The position numbers were made by a program, and so were the translations under genes. A model generated the notes under the pieces. It saw only the letters and a program-made list of their open reading frames with translations, was not told the origin of the DNA and searched no databases. Source: Gemmatimonadota bacterium (GTDB lineage Bacteria > Gemmatimonadota > Gemmatimonadetes > Gemmatimonadales > GWC2-71-9). From it: DNA of 63,273 nucleotides. The DNA is taken from assembly GCA_039586365.1 (NCBI GenBank), contig JBDHKN010000030.1, positions 1-63,273 on the forward strand, read 5' to 3'. This document shows positions 7,994 through 18,625 of the stretch, in pieces (the stretch's first letter is position 1; each line of letters starts with the position of its first letter).

Positions 7994-8976
7994 GTGTTGC
8001 CTCCTACACATAACTTTACACACCAGTCGATCGTGAGGCAACGAAATGTCGGCGCAATAGCGCGATCGGCCCGCGCTACCACAATGCCACTCAGCTCTTT
8101 CCGAGGCGTGACCAAACCTTGCGACGATGGGCGAAGCTACGCACCGCCGACAGCAGCTACTGGCTCGGCACCGACTCCGGCCGACCCCGTTACGGGCCGA
8201 GCGATACAACGCCTCAAGACCGTGACCGATTCGCTGCTGCAGGTGTCCAATGGCTACTAAACTGCTGGCCAAGGTCTCGTCGAAGAGATCGCGCGCGTCA
8301 AGCTCGAGGCCGAGCGGCTCGCGGCCGCCAGGGACTCGATCGCGAGCATCGTCACGGCAACCAGGTAATCCAGGCGCGGCTCCGCCGCGAGCGGGCTCTC
8401 CTCGCTACGGGTGATTGTGCAAGAGCCCGATCAGGCGCGTCGCAACACCCAATCAGCCGGCGCTTCTGGGGACACTCTTTTCAGCCGAGGTGCCCCAGGC
8501 CTCGCCTCGTAGGGCCCTCCAACGAACGGAACCTATCTCGGAAGCGGTGCTGGAGGATTTCTGGCCTCGGTTTCTGAAATTCTGTCTCCCAATGTGACTA
8601 GTACGGGATTGTTGAAGGCGGCTGCCCTTCTCTGGGGCAGCTGCCTAGCCCCCGGGCATCGGCGCACAAACGTGGAAATGACGTTCAGTGAGTTCAGTTG
8701 GGTGGACCAAGCGACCTCAGCAACCAAGGTGTTAGAATCGGGGGCAACTTCATAGGCACTGATGTCACAGGCAGTGTAGCTGTCCCCAGCGGGATCGGTG
8801 TACAAATCAACCACGATGCGGCGACCAATGACGTGAATTACGTGGGCCAGGAGGAGTCCCGGGCATCTCAGCTGCCTGGGCCCTCGTTGGCCTTTGACGT
8901 GGCGCGATCTTTTTTGCATTCTTCAGATCAGGAGTGAAAAGGTCCACGACCAGAGGTGAATCGTACCTAAACAGCC

Positions 8977-9552
8977 ATGGCGCGCCATAATCCAGATTTC
9001 GACTACGACGAAGAGGAGTTCCTTTACGAGTCCGGGGAGCTGTTCGACTCGGGGGACGAGGAACAGCTCACAGACGGTGAGGCGGACCTTGACGACATCC
9101 TGGATGACGACTACTCCTCGAGCGACAGAGGGGTGGAGGTCTCAATGGAGGTGGATGCGGAAGGTCGCGAGATCTGGTATGCGGCCGACCCGCGGGTTCC
9201 CGGTAGCGCATCGATTGGCCACAGCGCAGAGGAGGCGGTAGAGGGGGTTGACGAACGGCGCCGGGAATATCGGGAAACTCTGAGAAGGTCCCGGGAAGAT
9301 CTCTCGGAGGACGAGGCCGAGCCCATTCCGCCTCCAGAGCACGTGAGCGGGGAACACGACGTGGAGATTTCACTCGAGGTGGACGAGGCCGGCCGCGAGT
9401 TGTGGTACGCTAAAGACCCTCGTGTCCCTGGAAGTAACTCGATCGGTCACAGCGCCGAGGAGGCGGTAGACGGGTTGGAACAACGCCGGCGCGAATACCG
9501 GGAGATGCTCAAAAAATCGCGCGCGAAGCGTAAAAACAGACCGAAAGAATGA
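8977..9552 (+). CDS. acidic protein with two tandem HicB-like domains
   Basis: Asp/Glu-rich N-terminus, then two ~52-aa repeats (VE.S.EVD..GRE.WYA.DPRVPGS.SIGHSAEEAV.G...RRREYRE) starting at 9133 and 9361. Confidence 0.75.
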   Translation: MARHNPDFDYDEEEFLYESGELFDSGDEEQLTDGEADLDDILDDDYSSSDRGVEVSMEVDAEGREIWYAADPRVPGSASIGHSAEEAVEGVDERRREYRETLRRSREDLSEDEAEPIPPPEHVSGEHDVEISLEVDEAGRELWYAKDPRVPGSNSIGHSAEEAVDGLEQRRREYREMLKKSRAKRKNRPKE

Positions 9553-9691
9553 AGGCCTGAAAGCGGAACGGTTCACGCATTCCTCCAAGTCATCTGCGCG
9601 CCCACTATTGCAGTTGTCTTCTCCAGCACATATCCTCCCCCAAGCTGCGTCACCCGAACGACTGGTTCACCTCCTTCTAGAGGTTTAGAAG

Positions 9692-10546
9692 ATGTCTTGC
9701 TTCAAGCGCTTGGTGTTGCTGGTGCCCGCATTGTGCCTCAAGATCGGTGTTGCCTCAGCGGTCGCTCAACAGACTGAGCCGTCCGACTGGGACATGCCCC
9801 GACCGATCGAAGCGCACGAATCCGTGTTTCTCGAAGAACTAACCTGGCTCGAGGTGCGAGATGCCCTAAGGTCTGGCATGACCACTGTCATTGTCCCAAC
9901 CGGTGGCATAGAACCGAACGGACCATACCTTGCGCTTGGCAAGCACAACTACATCTTGCGCGCCACCACGGATCGGATCGCCCGAAAGCTACGGAATGCC
10001 CTGGTTTCCCCGATTGTCCCGTTCGTACCGGAAGGAGATATCGATCCGCCCACCGGGCACATGCGATACCCTGGTACCATCTCTGTTAGCAACGAGACCT
10101 TCATGGCCCTGTTGGTGGACATCGCTTCGAGCCTCCGCGCCCACGGTTTCCAGCACATCATACTGATAGGTGATAGCGGGCCCAACCAGGAAGGCATGAA
10201 GCAGGTAGCTGAACACCTCGCCACACGGTGGACGGATGGCCAGGCAACGATTCACTACATCCCAGAGTACTATGACAATCCTCGCTGGAACACGTGGCTG
10301 GCGGAACGGGGGGTGAAGGAGGTAAATGAAGGATTGCACGACGACGTGCGCCATTCATCAATCATGATGACGATCGATCCGCTGACGGTTCGCATGCCCC
10401 AGCGCGTCGCGGCAGGCTGTTTCTCGATCAACGGGGTGGAGCTAGCGCCAGCTGCCAAGACGATCGCGCTCGGTAACGAGTTGGTAGACTACCAGGCCGA
10501 CGTCACCGTTGCAGCAATCTTGAGAGCGATCGCCAATAGACCCTGA
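9692..10546 (+). CDS. creatininase family protein, secreted
   Basis: Signal peptide; LEELTW.EV, PTGGIEPNGPYLALGKH, HGF.HIILIGDSG motifs. Confidence 0.88.
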   Translation: MSCFKRLVLLVPALCLKIGVASAVAQQTEPSDWDMPRPIEAHESVFLEELTWLEVRDALRSGMTTVIVPTGGIEPNGPYLALGKHNYILRATTDRIARKLRNALVSPIVPFVPEGDIDPPTGHMRYPGTISVSNETFMALLVDIASSLRAHGFQHIILIGDSGPNQEGMKQVAEHLATRWTDGQATIHYIPEYYDNPRWNTWLAERGVKEVNEGLHDDVRHSSIMMTIDPLTVRMPQRVAAGCFSINGVELAPAAKTIALGNELVDYQADVTVAAILRAIANRP

Positions 10547-10613
10547 AGGCATATGCCCCAGCCGAGGAATCCTCGATGGCTCAGGGGGATTCCGATATCC
10601 CTCGGAGGTTACA

Positions 10614-12158
10614 GTGAGTTCAATCCGCTACGCGGTGCTCGGCGTTGCATGGGCGGCCCTCTGCGGCCCCACGCTAAACGCCCAAGAGGTGGTCCATTGG
10701 GACATGGTCGCGAGGATGAGAGAAGAGGGGTTCAGGAACTCACAAGTAACGGAGTGGGTCGGCCACCTCGGCGACGTGATCGGTCCTCGGATCACTGCTT
10801 CGCCCAACATGAGAGAGGCTCAAAGCTGGGCGAAGGCGAGGATGGAAGAGATCGGACTAGTCAACGTAGGACTGGAGCCCTGGGGTGACCGCACCGTTGG
10901 CTGGGAAGTCCAACACTGCTCTATTCATATGCTCGAACCGGACTACCAGATGGTTATCGGCTATCCGTTGGCGTTCACCCCTGGAACGCCCAGGAAACTG
11001 GTCGAGCGGGCGATCATCGTCGATATAGGCAGTGCAGATGACCTGGCTGAGTATCGCGGCAGTCTTCATAACTCGATCGTACTCGCCACTCCCATGATGC
11101 CGGTTGATCCCAGATTCACCCAAGACGCTTTTCGCCATACGGATGAGTCCCTCAACGCATTCGCCACCGAAGGGATTGACCTGCTCTACGACCGGCATCG
11201 CCGCGGCCAGCTACGACAGGCCCAAGTTGGCCCGACTGGGATTTCCGAGGAGGAACTGGAGGCCTTCTTCAAATCGGAGGGGGTAGCTGCGGTTCTGAGA
11301 GCCAGTATAGGTAGTGACGGGACCGTGTACGCCACAGGGCGGGCGGGCAGTAGGGCCGACCGGACGCGTGAGGGAGTCGAGAACTCTCTCCCGACCCTCT
11401 CGATTGCCGCTGAACATTACAACCGTATCTACCGCATCCTAGAACGCGGCATTCCGGTGACTATGGAAGTCGATGTCCGAGTGGGAATGGATGAGAGCGA
11501 TACTCAAGGATACAATCTGATTGGAGAGATGCCCGGCACGGATCTCGCGGATGAGGTGGTTGGGATCGGAGCGCACCTGGATTCATGGCACGCTGGCACC
11601 GGCGCAACCGACAATGCTGGTGGCGTGGCAGTAGTCCTGGAAGCAGTGCGTATCTTGAACACAATTGGCGCCAGGCCGCGCAGGACCATCCGAGTGATGC
11701 TGTGGAGCAACGAAGAGGGAGGTCTCAGAGGCTCGAGGGGATATGTGCGGAACCACTTCGGCAATCCAACGGACGGGACTGAACCGGAGTACGAGAAGTT
11801 CTCTGTCTACTTCAACATGGACAACGGCACAGGGCAGTTCCGTGGCGTCCACCTCCAGGGTAACTCATTGGTTGCTCCCATCTTCCAGGCCTGGATGAAA
11901 CCATTCAACGATCTCAAACTGGAGACCCTATCGCTGTTCAGCAACCGGGGCACCGACCACTTGGCCTTCGATGAGGCAGGCCTACCCGGATTTCAGTTCA
12001 TTCAGGATAGAATCGACTACCGCGCGCGGACACACCACTTCAACATGGACACGGTCGACAAGGTGCTGCCCGAAGACTTGAAGATCAACGCAGTTGTGAT
12101 GGCCAGTTTCGCCTATCACGCGGCGATGCGTGATGAGAGGATCCCACGCAAGCCCTGA
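10614..12158 (+). CDS. M28 family metallopeptidase (carboxypeptidase Q-like)
   Basis: Signal peptide; GAHLDSW, GATDNAGG, EEGGL.GS, NMD and HH motifs. Confidence 0.92.
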   Translation: MSSIRYAVLGVAWAALCGPTLNAQEVVHWDMVARMREEGFRNSQVTEWVGHLGDVIGPRITASPNMREAQSWAKARMEEIGLVNVGLEPWGDRTVGWEVQHCSIHMLEPDYQMVIGYPLAFTPGTPRKLVERAIIVDIGSADDLAEYRGSLHNSIVLATPMMPVDPRFTQDAFRHTDESLNAFATEGIDLLYDRHRRGQLRQAQVGPTGISEEELEAFFKSEGVAAVLRASIGSDGTVYATGRAGSRADRTREGVENSLPTLSIAAEHYNRIYRILERGIPVTMEVDVRVGMDESDTQGYNLIGEMPGTDLADEVVGIGAHLDSWHAGTGATDNAGGVAVVLEAVRILNTIGARPRRTIRVMLWSNEEGGLRGSRGYVRNHFGNPTDGTEPEYEKFSVYFNMDNGTGQFRGVHLQGNSLVAPIFQAWMKPFNDLKLETLSLFSNRGTDHLAFDEAGLPGFQFIQDRIDYRARTHHFNMDTVDKVLPEDLKINAVVMASFAYHAAMRDERIPRKP

Positions 12159-12169
12159 CCCACTGTTCT

Positions 12170-13888
12170 TCAGTTAGGCAGCGGCCTGTATATGAGCTTG
12201 CGGAGCAACACCTCAAGGCTGTCGGCGTCGACCCCTGCACTAGCGTTTACTAGATATCCACCGAAGCGCAGGGAGCCGACGGTCCAGTCATCCGCTGTGC
12301 TCTCGAAGGTGATCTCTTCAGCCCCCACCGTGTCCGCAGACTCCCCAGCGAGGGAGAGTAGGATCAAAGTGACGGGTTCACCGGTATCGAGCCGCTGGAC
12401 GACACGATATCCTGCCCGGCCTTCGGACGACATCCCGGTTACACTCTCGACCGGAAGTCCATCGACTACCACGATCGACGGGCCCTCGGTCAGGGTCGCG
12501 CCGGAATCCGCCGCGCGCGCGGCCGTATCCTCTGCCTCTGCTTCAGATGGGGCCGCTACCATAGTAGTCTCGACCGGCGGCGCGCTGAACGACTCCGTAC
12601 CATCGTCCGCGGTTGCGGCGGCTGAATCTGCGAGCACAGGTACGGGAGGTGTAGACTGTTCGCTTTGAGGTGAGTTCACCCCCAGACCTATTGTGCCGAT
12701 CGGGATGATTCTAAACCAGATCAGTGCCGCACCGCCCACCACGACCACTGCCACCGCCAACCCGACCCACAATCCTCTCGAACGCCTCTGCCTCTGCATC
12801 TCACCGAACAGGACCTTGCGCGACCCTGCGACAGCGGCCGCCTGGCCTCTCACTGCGGCTCCTCCAGACTCTTGATCCACAGTTTCAGGCTCCCGCATCC
12901 AGGTCGGCTTCGGAGTCTCTGCCTCCTCCGGACCAGACTGCCCATCTGCCTCCCAACCCAGTCGATCAATCTCCTGTGACCCGCTCACCTTTGGCTCAAG
13001 CATCCACGCAGGCGTCGGAGTCCGTTCGTCTTCTTCCGCAGGCTCCGTTCGCTGCATCCAAATATCCTTCGAAGAGTCTCCCGGTCCCTCAACCTCCGGC
13101 TCTGGTTCCGCCATCCACGCCGGTTTCGGTGCCTCACCCCCCTCCCCCGCTTGCGGCGCTCCAAACCCTGAGGATGATTCTTCGGGCTCCTCCTCGATTG
13201 GTGACTCCGTCACTGTCGCTTCCGAAGTGGCGCTTTCGGATGATTCCGCCGCTTCAGTCGGTCCCTCGTCAACCGTTTCATGCTGTGCCAGACCCTCCAC
13301 AACAGCACTTTCGGGTTCTGCCAGCGCCGCTGCGACCCTGGCTACCCCCGACTCTGCCTGTGGCTGCCCCCGTCGGGCCGCTGCCACCTGGAGCATGGCC
13401 TGCTCGGCGCGATCGCTCACCTCGATCAGCATCTCAAGGATCGGTCGCACTTCGTCATCCGACCGCCCGCTGAGATCTTCGAGTTCCCGGGCGGTTCGAT
13501 CGAGCTGGGCCACCTCCGCGTAGCTAGCCAACACGGCTCTGGCCTCGGAGATATGGCCCCGTTCAACCATCAACCGTGCTAGGCGGGGGTAGATCAGACT
13601 CCGGCTGGGTACAATCCGGAGAATCTTGGAACAAAGGGCTGTCACACTCTTGCTGGAGCCGTACGCTGCATAGCGCTTTGCCGCCTGCTCGTACATGCCG
13701 ATGGCCGACTTGGCGTCGCGCAGCCTCAAACTCAGGTCTCCTGCCTTCACGAAGAGCGGCAATTCCTGCCAAATGGCGGGTGTTCCCTCAATATCAGCCA
13801 GGATCTGGCGATAGATTGCTAGTGCTTCCGCGATCTGGCCCTGCTGCTCCAGCGAGCGTGCCTGCTGCTTCCTGCTTTCAGCATCCAC
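12170..13888 (-). CDS. TPR protein with long acidic linker, single TM and C-terminal domain
   Basis: N-terminal TPR-like helices, E/P/S-rich disordered region, TM LWVGLAVAVVVVGGAALIWF; GGAGG before the GTG at 13888. Confidence 0.8.
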   Translation of the reverse strand: MDAESRKQQARSLEQQGQIAEALAIYRQILADIEGTPAIWQELPLFVKAGDLSLRLRDAKSAIGMYEQAAKRYAAYGSSKSVTALCSKILRIVPSRSLIYPRLARLMVERGHISEARAVLASYAEVAQLDRTARELEDLSGRSDDEVRPILEMLIEVSDRAEQAMLQVAAARRGQPQAESGVARVAAALAEPESAVVEGLAQHETVDEGPTEAAESSESATSEATVTESPIEEEPEESSSGFGAPQAGEGGEAPKPAWMAEPEPEVEGPGDSSKDIWMQRTEPAEEDERTPTPAWMLEPKVSGSQEIDRLGWEADGQSGPEEAETPKPTWMREPETVDQESGGAAVRGQAAAVAGSRKVLFGEMQRQRRSRGLWVGLAVAVVVVGGAALIWFRIIPIGTIGLGVNSPQSEQSTPPVPVLADSAAATADDGTESFSAPPVETTMVAAPSEAEAEDTAARAADSGATLTEGPSIVVVDGLPVESVTGMSSEGRAGYRVVQRLDTGEPVTLILLSLAGESADTVGAEEITFESTADDWTVGSLRFGGYLVNASAGVDADSLEVLLRKLIYRPLPN

Positions 13889-14165
13889 TGGGGAACCTCC
13901 ACTGACGCACCTCTTAGCATCTTGCTTCTCCAGCAATCAAACTAAACGTTGCGTTTTCAGGAGCAAGAAACACATTGCATCGTTGGACCAGGAGTTGCGC
14001 TAGACCGGCCCGGATGCAGGGAATGCCCCTGATTCTGGTGGGACACATATTACCGTGGTTCCGCGTTATGCTGGAGCCCGCCACCAGCCGATTCCGGCCC
14101 TGATGAGAGCAGCGACTGAGTCTGTTCGCTGTACACTGTTCACAAATTCCCAGCGTGAGGAAAGC

Positions 14166-16442
14166 ATGAAGCGCGTTTCAGGAGGTCTTGGTGTAGCTGT
14201 CGGATTGATCGTGTCAGTCGTCGCTCCAATCCACGCACAGTGGCAGGAACAGGTAGACACCCAAATGAGACAGGTCGAGGGTGCGCTAGCCGAGCGTGGG
14301 TACCAGCGAACCGGCGAAGTCCGCACCGGATCGCTGACACAGGGCGAGCGGGAATCGATCTCGTTGACACTTGGTGCGGGGCTCGACTTCGCCATTGTGG
14401 GATTGTGTGACAACGACTGCTCTGACTTGGATCTCCGCCTGTATGACCAGAGCGGGGCAGAGGTGGATGCCGACATCGAAACGGACGATTCACCCGTCGT
14501 CGAACTGACTCCTCGCAGTTCGGGCACATACCGCGTGGAGATCGTCATGGTCAGCTGTTCGGTGAGCCCCTGTTATTACGGACTCGGCGTGTTCAGTGGC
14601 GCAACAGCACCGGCTGAGGCCGACCCGGCTGGCGCGCGGTACGAGACTGGGACTTTGTCGGTCGGTGAGGACACGCTTTCGTCCGGTGAGTACGCCGACG
14701 TATACAGTTTTGCAGGGCTCCAAGGTGAAAGCGTCGTAATCGATCTGCGCTCTAGCGACTTCGATCCGTATCTGATACTGCGCACACCCGACGGTCGGCA
14801 AGAGGAAAACGACGATCACGAAGGAGATGCAAGTCGCTCACTCCTCTCTTTGGCGTTGCCTGCCGACGGGATCTACGAAGTAACGGTGACCACCTACCGA
14901 CCCGGAGAAACGGGGTCGTACGCCCTACAGATCGATCGCCAGTTTGCCACAGAGACTGCCGCCGGCCCTCGCGTCGAACGGGGTAGTCTCTCGATTGGTG
15001 ATGACACGCTGCGCACGGGTGAATACGTGGATGTCTACGACTTCGATGGACGACCAGGTCAGCATGTGCGCCTCGATCTCACATCTGACGACTTTGACAC
15101 TTATTTGATTCTCAAAAACCCCGCTGGCGAACAAGTTGAAAACGATGACGCTGATCGGCCGGGACACAGCGTGGTAGAATCCGAGCTCACGGAACTGGGC
15201 CCTTACAGGATCATGGTGACATCGTATGAAGCTGGAGAATCTGGCGCCTATGAGCTGGTCCTAGCTCTGGAATCGGGAGGGACGCAGACGGGCCGGAGTC
15301 GCGACGTGGTCACCCTTGGAATGGGAGCGAACTCGACTGGTGAGCTGTCGCCCAATGATGGGCAACTTGAAACGGGCGAATACCGGGACATCTATGTCTT
15401 CGATGGCTCAATTGGGGACAACGTGGCTGTGGAGATGTCTTCCACAGAGTTCGATACCTACATCATTCTGCTGACGCCGACAGGAGAGACGATTGAGAAC
15501 GACGACGACGAAGGAAGCACCTCGCGTTCGCGGATCGATCTCACTCTACGCGAGACCGGCCGCTACCGCCTTGTCGCCACCAGCTACAAGGTAGGTGCCA
15601 CCGGATCCTACGAGGTGGCGCTGCAGCCCGGGACCATCCAGGTAGGGACCGAGACACCGAGTATTGCGCGCGGCGAGGCTGGACCCCCACACCAGGGCCA
15701 GGTCTTCGGTGTGTTCGCCGGAATCAGCAATTATGGTGGCAGGATGAACGATCTCGCCTACACTGCGGAGGATGCGGTGCGGGTCAGGAACGCGATGATC
15801 AGAGGTGCTGGAATGCCGTCCGCCAATGGCGTCTTGTTGACCGACAACGACGCCACTTCAGCCAATCTCCGTCGGTCGATTCAGTCGCTGGCCACGCGGG
15901 TCGGCCCCGACGACACCTTCGTGCTCTTTTTCTCAGGTCACGGCGGCCGGATGCCCAGGATTGATTTCCAGCCCTCAGATCCCGATGCCCTGGACGAGAC
16001 ACTTGAATTCTTCGATGCAGGAATCACCGATGACGAAATGCGCGAAGTCCTAGAAGCCGTTCCAGCTGGCCGAATAATCTTGCTGTTCGATGCCTGTTTC
16101 AGCGGTGGGTTCTCCAAAGACGTTATCTCCGCACCCGGTCGCATGGGCCTATTCTCGTCAGAAGAAGACGTGACGTCTTCGGTGGCAGCCAAGTTCAGGG
16201 CCGGTGGCTACCTGGCGCTCTTCGTGGCTGATGCAATCGGCGACCACCTGGCTGATGCAGATGGGGACGGACAGCTCACTGCCATCGAGCTGAGTCAATA
16301 CGTGCACGAACGTTATCGAGCCGACGTCAAGAGCGCCGACCCTACTCAAATCGTGCGAACCGGTGGTCCTCAGATGGGCCATCAACACCTGGTTGTGGAT
16401 CGTGGAAGCATAGGCCCCTACGACGTATTGCTGCGCTGGTAG
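14166..16442 (+). CDS. secreted caspase-family (peptidase C14) protein with four PPC domains
   Basis: Signal peptide; repeated FD.YLIL..P.G...ENDD PPC motifs; catalytic dyad motifs FSGHG (15933-15944) and FDACFSG (16089-16097). Confidence 0.88.
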   Translation: MKRVSGGLGVAVGLIVSVVAPIHAQWQEQVDTQMRQVEGALAERGYQRTGEVRTGSLTQGERESISLTLGAGLDFAIVGLCDNDCSDLDLRLYDQSGAEVDADIETDDSPVVELTPRSSGTYRVEIVMVSCSVSPCYYGLGVFSGATAPAEADPAGARYETGTLSVGEDTLSSGEYADVYSFAGLQGESVVIDLRSSDFDPYLILRTPDGRQEENDDHEGDASRSLLSLALPADGIYEVTVTTYRPGETGSYALQIDRQFATETAAGPRVERGSLSIGDDTLRTGEYVDVYDFDGRPGQHVRLDLTSDDFDTYLILKNPAGEQVENDDADRPGHSVVESELTELGPYRIMVTSYEAGESGAYELVLALESGGTQTGRSRDVVTLGMGANSTGELSPNDGQLETGEYRDIYVFDGSIGDNVAVEMSSTEFDTYIILLTPTGETIENDDDEGSTSRSRIDLTLRETGRYRLVATSYKVGATGSYEVALQPGTIQVGTETPSIARGEAGPPHQGQVFGVFAGISNYGGRMNDLAYTAEDAVRVRNAMIRGAGMPSANGVLLTDNDATSANLRRSIQSLATRVGPDDTFVLFFSGHGGRMPRIDFQPSDPDALDETLEFFDAGITDDEMREVLEAVPAGRIILLFDACFSGGFSKDVISAPGRMGLFSSEEDVTSSVAAKFRAGGYLALFVADAIGDHLADADGDGQLTAIELSQYVHERYRADVKSADPTQIVRTGGPQMGHQHLVVDRGSIGPYDVLLRW

Positions 16443-16620
16443 CCGGGGACGGGACGGGTGTGCAGTAACAGAATGGGGCAGCTTGTGGGCAATGCCGAAC
16501 GATCCACATGTGACGTGATGGATAGAGGGAATTGACCACCCCGGTCACACTTCAAGCGCGCGTGCTTTGCTGGCGGTGGGATCCGGTATAGCAGATCAGG
16601 TATCCAGTAAGGGGATAACC

Positions 16621-18381
16621 ATGAAACCCAAGACAGTACTCTACTCGCAGGCCGTGTTGGCGGCCACCTTGTTCTCGGTGTGTTGCAGGGGCGGGCAGGA
16701 GAACGTGAGTTACTCGTGGGCTGCGTCACTCGAATTCGGCGTGTCGTTCACCGAGGCAGTGACCACGGAGCCGCTAGACGGGCGGATCATCGTCATTATC
16801 GCCCCGGATGACCAACGCGAACCCAGGTTCCAAGTTACCGCGAGCATTGACGCTCCTCAGGTCTTCGGTGTCGATGTGGATGGTCTGGAGCCGGGGATCG
16901 AGGCGACCATAGATGCTGCCGTGTTCGGCTTCCCTCTGGAAAGCCTGGCCCAGATCCCCGCGGGTGACTATGTGGTACAGGCTGTGCTGCACAAGTACGA
17001 GACGTTCAACCTGTGGAACGGCAAGACTGTGAAGCTGCCGATGGACCGCGGCGAGGGGCAGCGGTGGAACCAAGCACCAGGAAACCTCTATAGCACCCCA
17101 CAAAGGGTCCACGTGGACCCAGCCAACGAGCAGCGTATCTCGCTTGCACTCGACCGGGTCATACCATCGATCGAGGAGCCGGAGGACACGAAGTACATCA
17201 GACACGTGAAGATCCAGAGCGATCTGCTGACGGAATTCTGGGGCCGACCCATGTACCTGGGAGCACACATCTTGTTACCCGAGGGGTTTGACGAGCACCC
17301 GGATGCCAGATACCCACTGGCGGTCTTCCACGGCCACTTCCCGGCCGACTTCGGAGGGTTCAGGACGGAGCCGCCAGATCCAAACCTGGAACCCGACTAC
17401 AGTGCCCGTTTTGACGTGCATGGGTACAATCGAATCCAACAACAGGAGGCTTACGACTTCTATAAGACCTGGACAGGTCCAGATATCCCCCGCATGCTGA
17501 TCATCGAAATCCAGCACGCTAACCCATACTATGACGACTCTTACGCCGTGAATTCGGCGAACCTGGGACCGTACGGTGACGCGATCACGTACGAATTGAT
17601 CCCCCACATCGAGCAGCAGTTTCGTGGCATAGGTGAAGGCTGGGCGAGGTTCCTCTATGGTGGTTCTACCGGCGGATGGGAAGCGCTTGCGGTACAGGTC
17701 ATGTACCCGGACGAGTACAACGGAACCTTTGCCGCCTGTCCCGATCCGATCGATTTCAGAGCCTACACACAGGTAAACATCTACGAGGATGAGAATGCCT
17801 ACTACGTGAGGGGCCCGTTCAAAACGCTCGAGCGTCCTGGTCACCGCAACTGGTTGGGTGAGATCGATCTGACTCTGAGGGAATACAACCACCTGGAGCT
17901 GGTGTTGGGCACCAATAGTCGTTCGGGTGATCAGTGGGACATTTGGGAAGCGGTGTACTCTCCTATGGGTGAAGACGGTTATCCGAGGCGCATCTGGGAC
18001 AAGCGGACCGGCGATATCGACCGGGAGGTTGCGGAGTACTGGCGTGAGAACTACGACCTGCGCTACATCATGGAGCGCGATTGGCGGACCCTAGGTCCAA
18101 AGCTCGCAGGCAAGATACACATCTACGTCGGCGACATGGACAACTACTACTTAAACAACGCCGTCTATCTGACCGAGGAGTTCCTCGAGAGTACGACCAG
18201 CCCGTACTACGCCGGCGAAGTCGACTACGGCGATCGAGCCGAGCACTGCTGGAATGGAGATCACGACAACCCGAACCACATCTCACGGCTTCGCTACAAC
18301 ACGATGTACATCCCCAAGATCCTCCAGCGGATACAGCAAGGTGCCCCTCCGGGGGCTGACTTGACGAGCTGGAGATACTAG
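16621..18381 (+). CDS. alpha/beta-hydrolase (esterase-like) exported protein
   Basis: Nucleophile elbow GGSTGG, VGDMDNY and C-terminal His (AEHCW); N-terminal signal with Cys. Confidence 0.8.
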   Translation: MKPKTVLYSQAVLAATLFSVCCRGGQENVSYSWAASLEFGVSFTEAVTTEPLDGRIIVIIAPDDQREPRFQVTASIDAPQVFGVDVDGLEPGIEATIDAAVFGFPLESLAQIPAGDYVVQAVLHKYETFNLWNGKTVKLPMDRGEGQRWNQAPGNLYSTPQRVHVDPANEQRISLALDRVIPSIEEPEDTKYIRHVKIQSDLLTEFWGRPMYLGAHILLPEGFDEHPDARYPLAVFHGHFPADFGGFRTEPPDPNLEPDYSARFDVHGYNRIQQQEAYDFYKTWTGPDIPRMLIIEIQHANPYYDDSYAVNSANLGPYGDAITYELIPHIEQQFRGIGEGWARFLYGGSTGGWEALAVQVMYPDEYNGTFAACPDPIDFRAYTQVNIYEDENAYYVRGPFKTLERPGHRNWLGEIDLTLREYNHLELVLGTNSRSGDQWDIWEAVYSPMGEDGYPRRIWDKRTGDIDREVAEYWRENYDLRYIMERDWRTLGPKLAGKIHIYVGDMDNYYLNNAVYLTEEFLESTTSPYYAGEVDYGDRAEHCWNGDHDNPNHISRLRYNTMYIPKILQRIQQGAPPGADLTSWRY

Positions 18382-18465
18382 GAGGGCGTGCACAACCGTG
18401 GTAGGGGCAGGGGGCCAGACTGAGACAAGGCAAAGGGAATGATACACCACGGACAGCAGCTGACC

Positions 18466-18515
18466 GAGTCGGGGTTGGAGTCGGACCCACGGAGCCACCG
18501 ACTCCGACCCCGCTC
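18466..18515. repeat. GC-rich hairpin, possible terminator or REP-like element
   Basis: GAGTCGGGGTTGGAGTCGG (18466-18484) pairs with CCGACTCCGACCCCGCTC (18498-18515); no clear U-tract. Confidence 0.5.
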
Positions 18516-18625
18516 AACTGCCATCCCCTGCCACTGACAATATTATATACATATATTACGTCCGGCGATTAGAACCCTCACACAGGTGCGCCCCTGTGAC
18601 CCTTGTCGACCCCAGGGAGACAAGC

